Below, piece after piece: positions 60,301 to 64,000 of a stretch of 64,000 bases of DNA; the first letter of the stretch is position 1, and each line of letters begins with the position of its first letter. Source of the stretch: Tubulanus polymorphus (Eukaryota > Animalia > Nemertea); contig NC_134031.1 in NCBI RefSeq assembly GCF_964204645.1, positions 17,719,807 through 17,783,806 on the forward strand, in the 5' to 3' direction. The notes beneath the pieces are model-generated. The model was not told where the DNA came from. It was given only the letters and a program-made list of their open reading frames with translations, and ran no database searches. Both the position numbers and the translations under genes were made by a program.

Positions 60301-60652
60301 CTAAATATGTATATTCTTGTCTTAAATTGTACTTTTTATACGCTGTTCACAATCAGGGTCGTGATATAATATTCATGAATCAATACATCAATAATTATCA
60401 AATGTTGATCGATCGACCGTGTGTTTTTCAGCTCGCAGAAATAATCACAAATTCGTCGATCCAACAGACGAAGAAGCTCTTTTGATCAACAATTACCAAG
60501 TGGTCGTATTCGGAAGTCCGGGCTACGCGTCCTACTATTTCTTCCAAGCGGAGGATATCACCGAAGAAGGCTTACGGAAGAGAAAGGAGAAATTAGTGGC
60601 ATTGAGAAACATGAAGGTTTCGATGAATGCTGGCGATAAGTTTAAAAAATAG
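57348..60652 (+). CDS. GGH: Gamma-glutamyl hydrolase-like protein (peptidase C26, class I glutamine amidotransferase fold), paralog 1, 408 aa, 10 exons
   Basis: Exons 57348-57567, 57958-58014, 58126-58237, 58466-58516, 58691-58775, 58915-59056, 59427-59533, 59907-60000, 60094-60231, 60432-60652 (1227 nt, phases consistent). Motifs NERPIIG, GAQVVPI, INGLYLPGG, FPVWGVCLG (nucleophile Cys), YPFYATQWHPEK (His/Glu), FFVAESRRNNHKF. Confidence 0.92.
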
Positions 60653-62041
60653 CGATCTCATTAGATCACTTCATCAAATTATCTTGAACGTTTTCGTAAA
60701 GCTTGAGCTTAATTAAGATGGATAGAATATTTATTGATATAATTGATTAAAATCAAAATTGTGTAGTCATAGATGTCACGGCTTTACAGTGCGTGCTAAC
60801 ATATCATAACCTACACAAAAATATCTATGAATTGATAATAAAGTTCTGTTCGGAGAAATTTTTTTGAATTTTATCAAAAGTTTCTCTCATTATATCAAAA
60901 CCTCTCAATGGCGCCGAATACGTCCTCGCTTGCCAGGGGTCCGGTATCACTCCCGAACTCGCTTCCACCAGCCCCCTGGCCTCACGAAGCACGATTTCAA
61001 TACTGGGGCTGTTGCGCATGACGTCATATATCGATTTGCGAAATACTTCCTTGTTCGGTAAAACGTTCGCTGATTGGTCCATTTAACGGAAAAACCAACA
61101 GAAGTCTACTGTCGTTTGTTTACGAGCGCTGTGATTGGTACGACCAGATTCTGGTCGGCTAGTAACGACTCCAACGACTCGTGAGGGCAAGGGGTTCGGC
61201 GAACAGCTTTAGCGTAGTGGGTTCGAATCCCTTGACGGGTGAAGATGCGCCGAATAGGAATATGGTAGGTAATATTTCGTAGACGCATTTACACACGGAT
61301 AATCAGGAAAGAGAGCTGGATTTCTGTCGGGATGTGCCGAATTTGTGATCCTTTCGTCCATTGGCTTTTTTTATCATGATGTTCGATAGATTGTTTCTCA
61401 TGTCATTCGTCATCCATTATCAATGCATTCATCTTACGTCATAGTTATTCCACGTACTTTGATTGACCAAAGTTAACTTTCAGCAGGTCAGCATGTATAT
61501 TTAGCATAGATAACTCCGCATGTTTTCGTTTTTTCTTTACTGGAGCTTACAATTTCTCCACCATTACTTCAGAACTCATCATGATCAAAACTCTCCCAAA
61601 AACTCTGCTTTAACTTTCAAATTCGGGCCAAATGGTGTCAAAATTAAAACTTACTACTTCAAAGAAGATCATTTTTCATGACGACTATAAGAACTAATAT
61701 TTTGATTGGCATCTATTCGTAGAATTGATACTTCAATTTTTTGAGAACTGAATTCTTGTGAAATGATAGAGAAGTTAATAGATGGTATTTAAGAGAGAAC
61801 ATTTAAACATTTTAAATCTTGGTGATTTGAGCCAGGATGATAGATTAAGCTTTTATATGTATCAACACATCATGTGACAATGACCGTTGCCACCAATATA
61901 GTATAACAGGGTACCAGTATTGATCGAAATGCTGGTATTAATTGTTGTTGATATATAAACTGGGTTGCCATATATCTTATAGTCCAACTTCTGCTTCCAT
62001 AGCAGTTCTCTGGAAGTTGTAGCTCAGTAACGATCACGAAA

Positions 62042-63922
62042 ATGACGGTAGTTCAAGTCAATATAGGTTCGGCTGCAGGAGTTATCATAGCCGTTCTACT
62101 CGGAATTCATCTTCAATACCAGTGGACATATCCCCAATCTTCAGAATATGATACACCTACTACTCGTGTGACGGTGACACCGCAAACAGATTTGACGAAA
62201 TCAGACAGACGGACTGCTCCGGTTGAATCTTCATCTTTACCAGTTCGACGACCATCGAGAACACTCGGTAATGACCAGGAACGAAGACAACGTTTTGTGG
62301 GTGAGCCTATAAATCATGTATAACGTAACACGAGATTTTAGAGAATTTTTAAATCGGAGCAGGTAAACGTTGTTTCGAAATCCACTAATAAGTGGCTTCG
62401 TCATACATAAAACTGATCTAATTTCCAAGAGAATAATCATGTATACAGAAGTATTAGATTGTTGTTTTTTTTAATAAACGTCAAAATCATCGCAACAGAT
62501 GGTCACTTTTCATCATTATTTAGGTAACGATGCATCATCTTCAATAGAACCGCCTGAAATGAATTACAGGCCAATAATAGGTAGGTATGGCACGTGTGGA
62601 TTTCATGTATCAGAATTTGCATATGACTTGAGATAAATGAAACTAATTGAATATGAAAATAATCCATTTGTAAGCTACTGGTACTGGCAGTCTCTCCATT
62701 ATTCTAAATACATGGGAATTGAGATCACAAGTATATATACGCAAACCTTTATATATACATGGGTGAATCATGAATGATTGATTTTTTATTTCACCAGGGA
62801 TGCTTTGTCAAAGTACATTCGATCACTATAGCAAATTCGGGAAACAGCTCGTGTATGAAAATAATGTAAAATGGATGCAAGGCTGTGGTGCACAGGTCGT
62901 TCCTATTTGGTAGGTTAGGTCTCGTAGCGTAACCCCGCAGCTGAAATAGATAAAAGAAAAACAAATAAATAGATAAATACCAATATGATTGCTAATTGAT
63001 TACCAATATGATAACTAATATGTACTCTTTCGAGAATGAAAATAAATTCATTGACTTATTTTCACGGCCACCCCTATTTTTATAGTTCGTTCTGATGTCG
63101 CTATATTTCTACAGCCTTGTTAACATTGTTGTTCATTTATAGGACGGAACAATCTCCGGAATACTATGAAAAAATGTTCTCACAAATAAACGGGTGAATA
63201 CGCAGCAAATTTACCGATTTATTAAAACATTATCAGAATTGGTGTTTCAAAATATGATACTATTTGATTAGACTCCATCATGAGCGAATCCATTATACAC
63301 TTAACATAGTTGCTTATTAAAAATACATGGTCTTAAGTTTAAAACCCACTATATATAAAATTCATTAGCGATATTTACTATTCAACAATTAAAATCAGAA
63401 GACACGACTCAGGCTGAGACCATCGTCAGGTGTACATCGTCGCAGAGAGATTCCGTGTGTCTTTGCATTTTAATTGTTGAATGATAAATTTCGCTTTTAA
63501 TCTTTTAAATTTTGTTGATAGTAGGTTTTTAAATGTATCATCTATTCTCCACGCCAGGGTGTATATGTACGGGCGTTACTACTACTAACATATGTAATTT
63601 TTTTACAGACTGTATTTGCCAGGAGGTCTCAGTACGAGTTTCAATTCGGCATATGCTCAATCTGCCCGCATTCTCATTGACCTGGCCACCAAGGTATAAA
63701 TTATTAAGATAGCAGAAGAAAAGGAGACAAGTTTTTTGTAAGTCTACCTAATCGTTGAAGAGATTTTATCTTGTTCTCAGGCAAATCAACGCGGTGTACA
63801 CTTTCCAATTTGGGCTGTCTGTCTAGGAATGCAGTTTCTAGTGTCAAATGTTGCGCATCGTGACGTCACTTATCAATGTCCCGGGCAGATATTTCATCGT
63901 ACGCAGTTCTACGGAGGAAAAG
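62042..63922 (+). CDS. GGH: Gamma-glutamyl hydrolase-like paralog 2; exons 1-6 only, continues beyond the window
   Basis: Exons 62042-62300, 62524-62580, 62798-62909, 63143-63193, 63609-63693, 63781-63922. Exons 2-6 have the same lengths as in paralog 1 (57, 112, 51, 85, 142 nt). Motifs NYRPIIG, INGLYLPGG, FPIWAVCLG. Confidence 0.9.
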
Positions 63923-64000
63923 GTAGGCAGCGATCAACACATAGGACACGACAGAAACCTTAATTCCCTTCGTGGCCCAGACTGAAAGAGGGTGGTAGGA

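Noticed and set aside
61190-61240. GGTTCGAATCC B-box suggesting a tRNA
   Set aside because: I could not fold a full cloverleaf or find a convincing A-box and acceptor stem; at most a SINE or tRNA-derived fragment.

Overview
This is an AT-rich animal (invertebrate bilaterian-like) genomic window with GT-AG spliceosomal introns; it is not prokaryotic, and I saw no CRISPR array or rRNA. Genes I can support, in order: (1) a small two-finger C2H2 zinc-finger gene; (2) an intronless secreted 637-aa protein with a poly-Asp tract and a Pro/Val/Thr/Lys tandem-repeat body; (3) an intronless peripherin-2/ROM1-type tetraspanin; (4) a nuclear receptor with no DNA-binding domain, of NR0B (DAX1/SHP) type, surrounded by a cluster of NR5A/ERR-type CAAGGYCR sites and followed by about 14 kb without credible coding sequence; (5) a beta-defensin-fold peptide whose tiny last exon supplies a C-terminal Gly; (6) a 13-exon WD40 protein with an N-terminal PYM/eIF2A-like helical motif and a C-terminal CaaX box; (7) two convergent intronless class A GPCRs; (8) two tandem, divergent gamma-glutamyl hydrolase paralogs, the second running off the window. 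Intergenic DNA holds many MITEs (piggyBac-, Tc1/pogo-, Harbinger- and hAT-like, one nested in another), an L2/CR1 LINE remnant, and a very AT-rich block of decayed ORFs beside a near-perfect hairpin. All gene models were built by eye from reading frame and splice phase, and family comparisons are from recall, not from searches.
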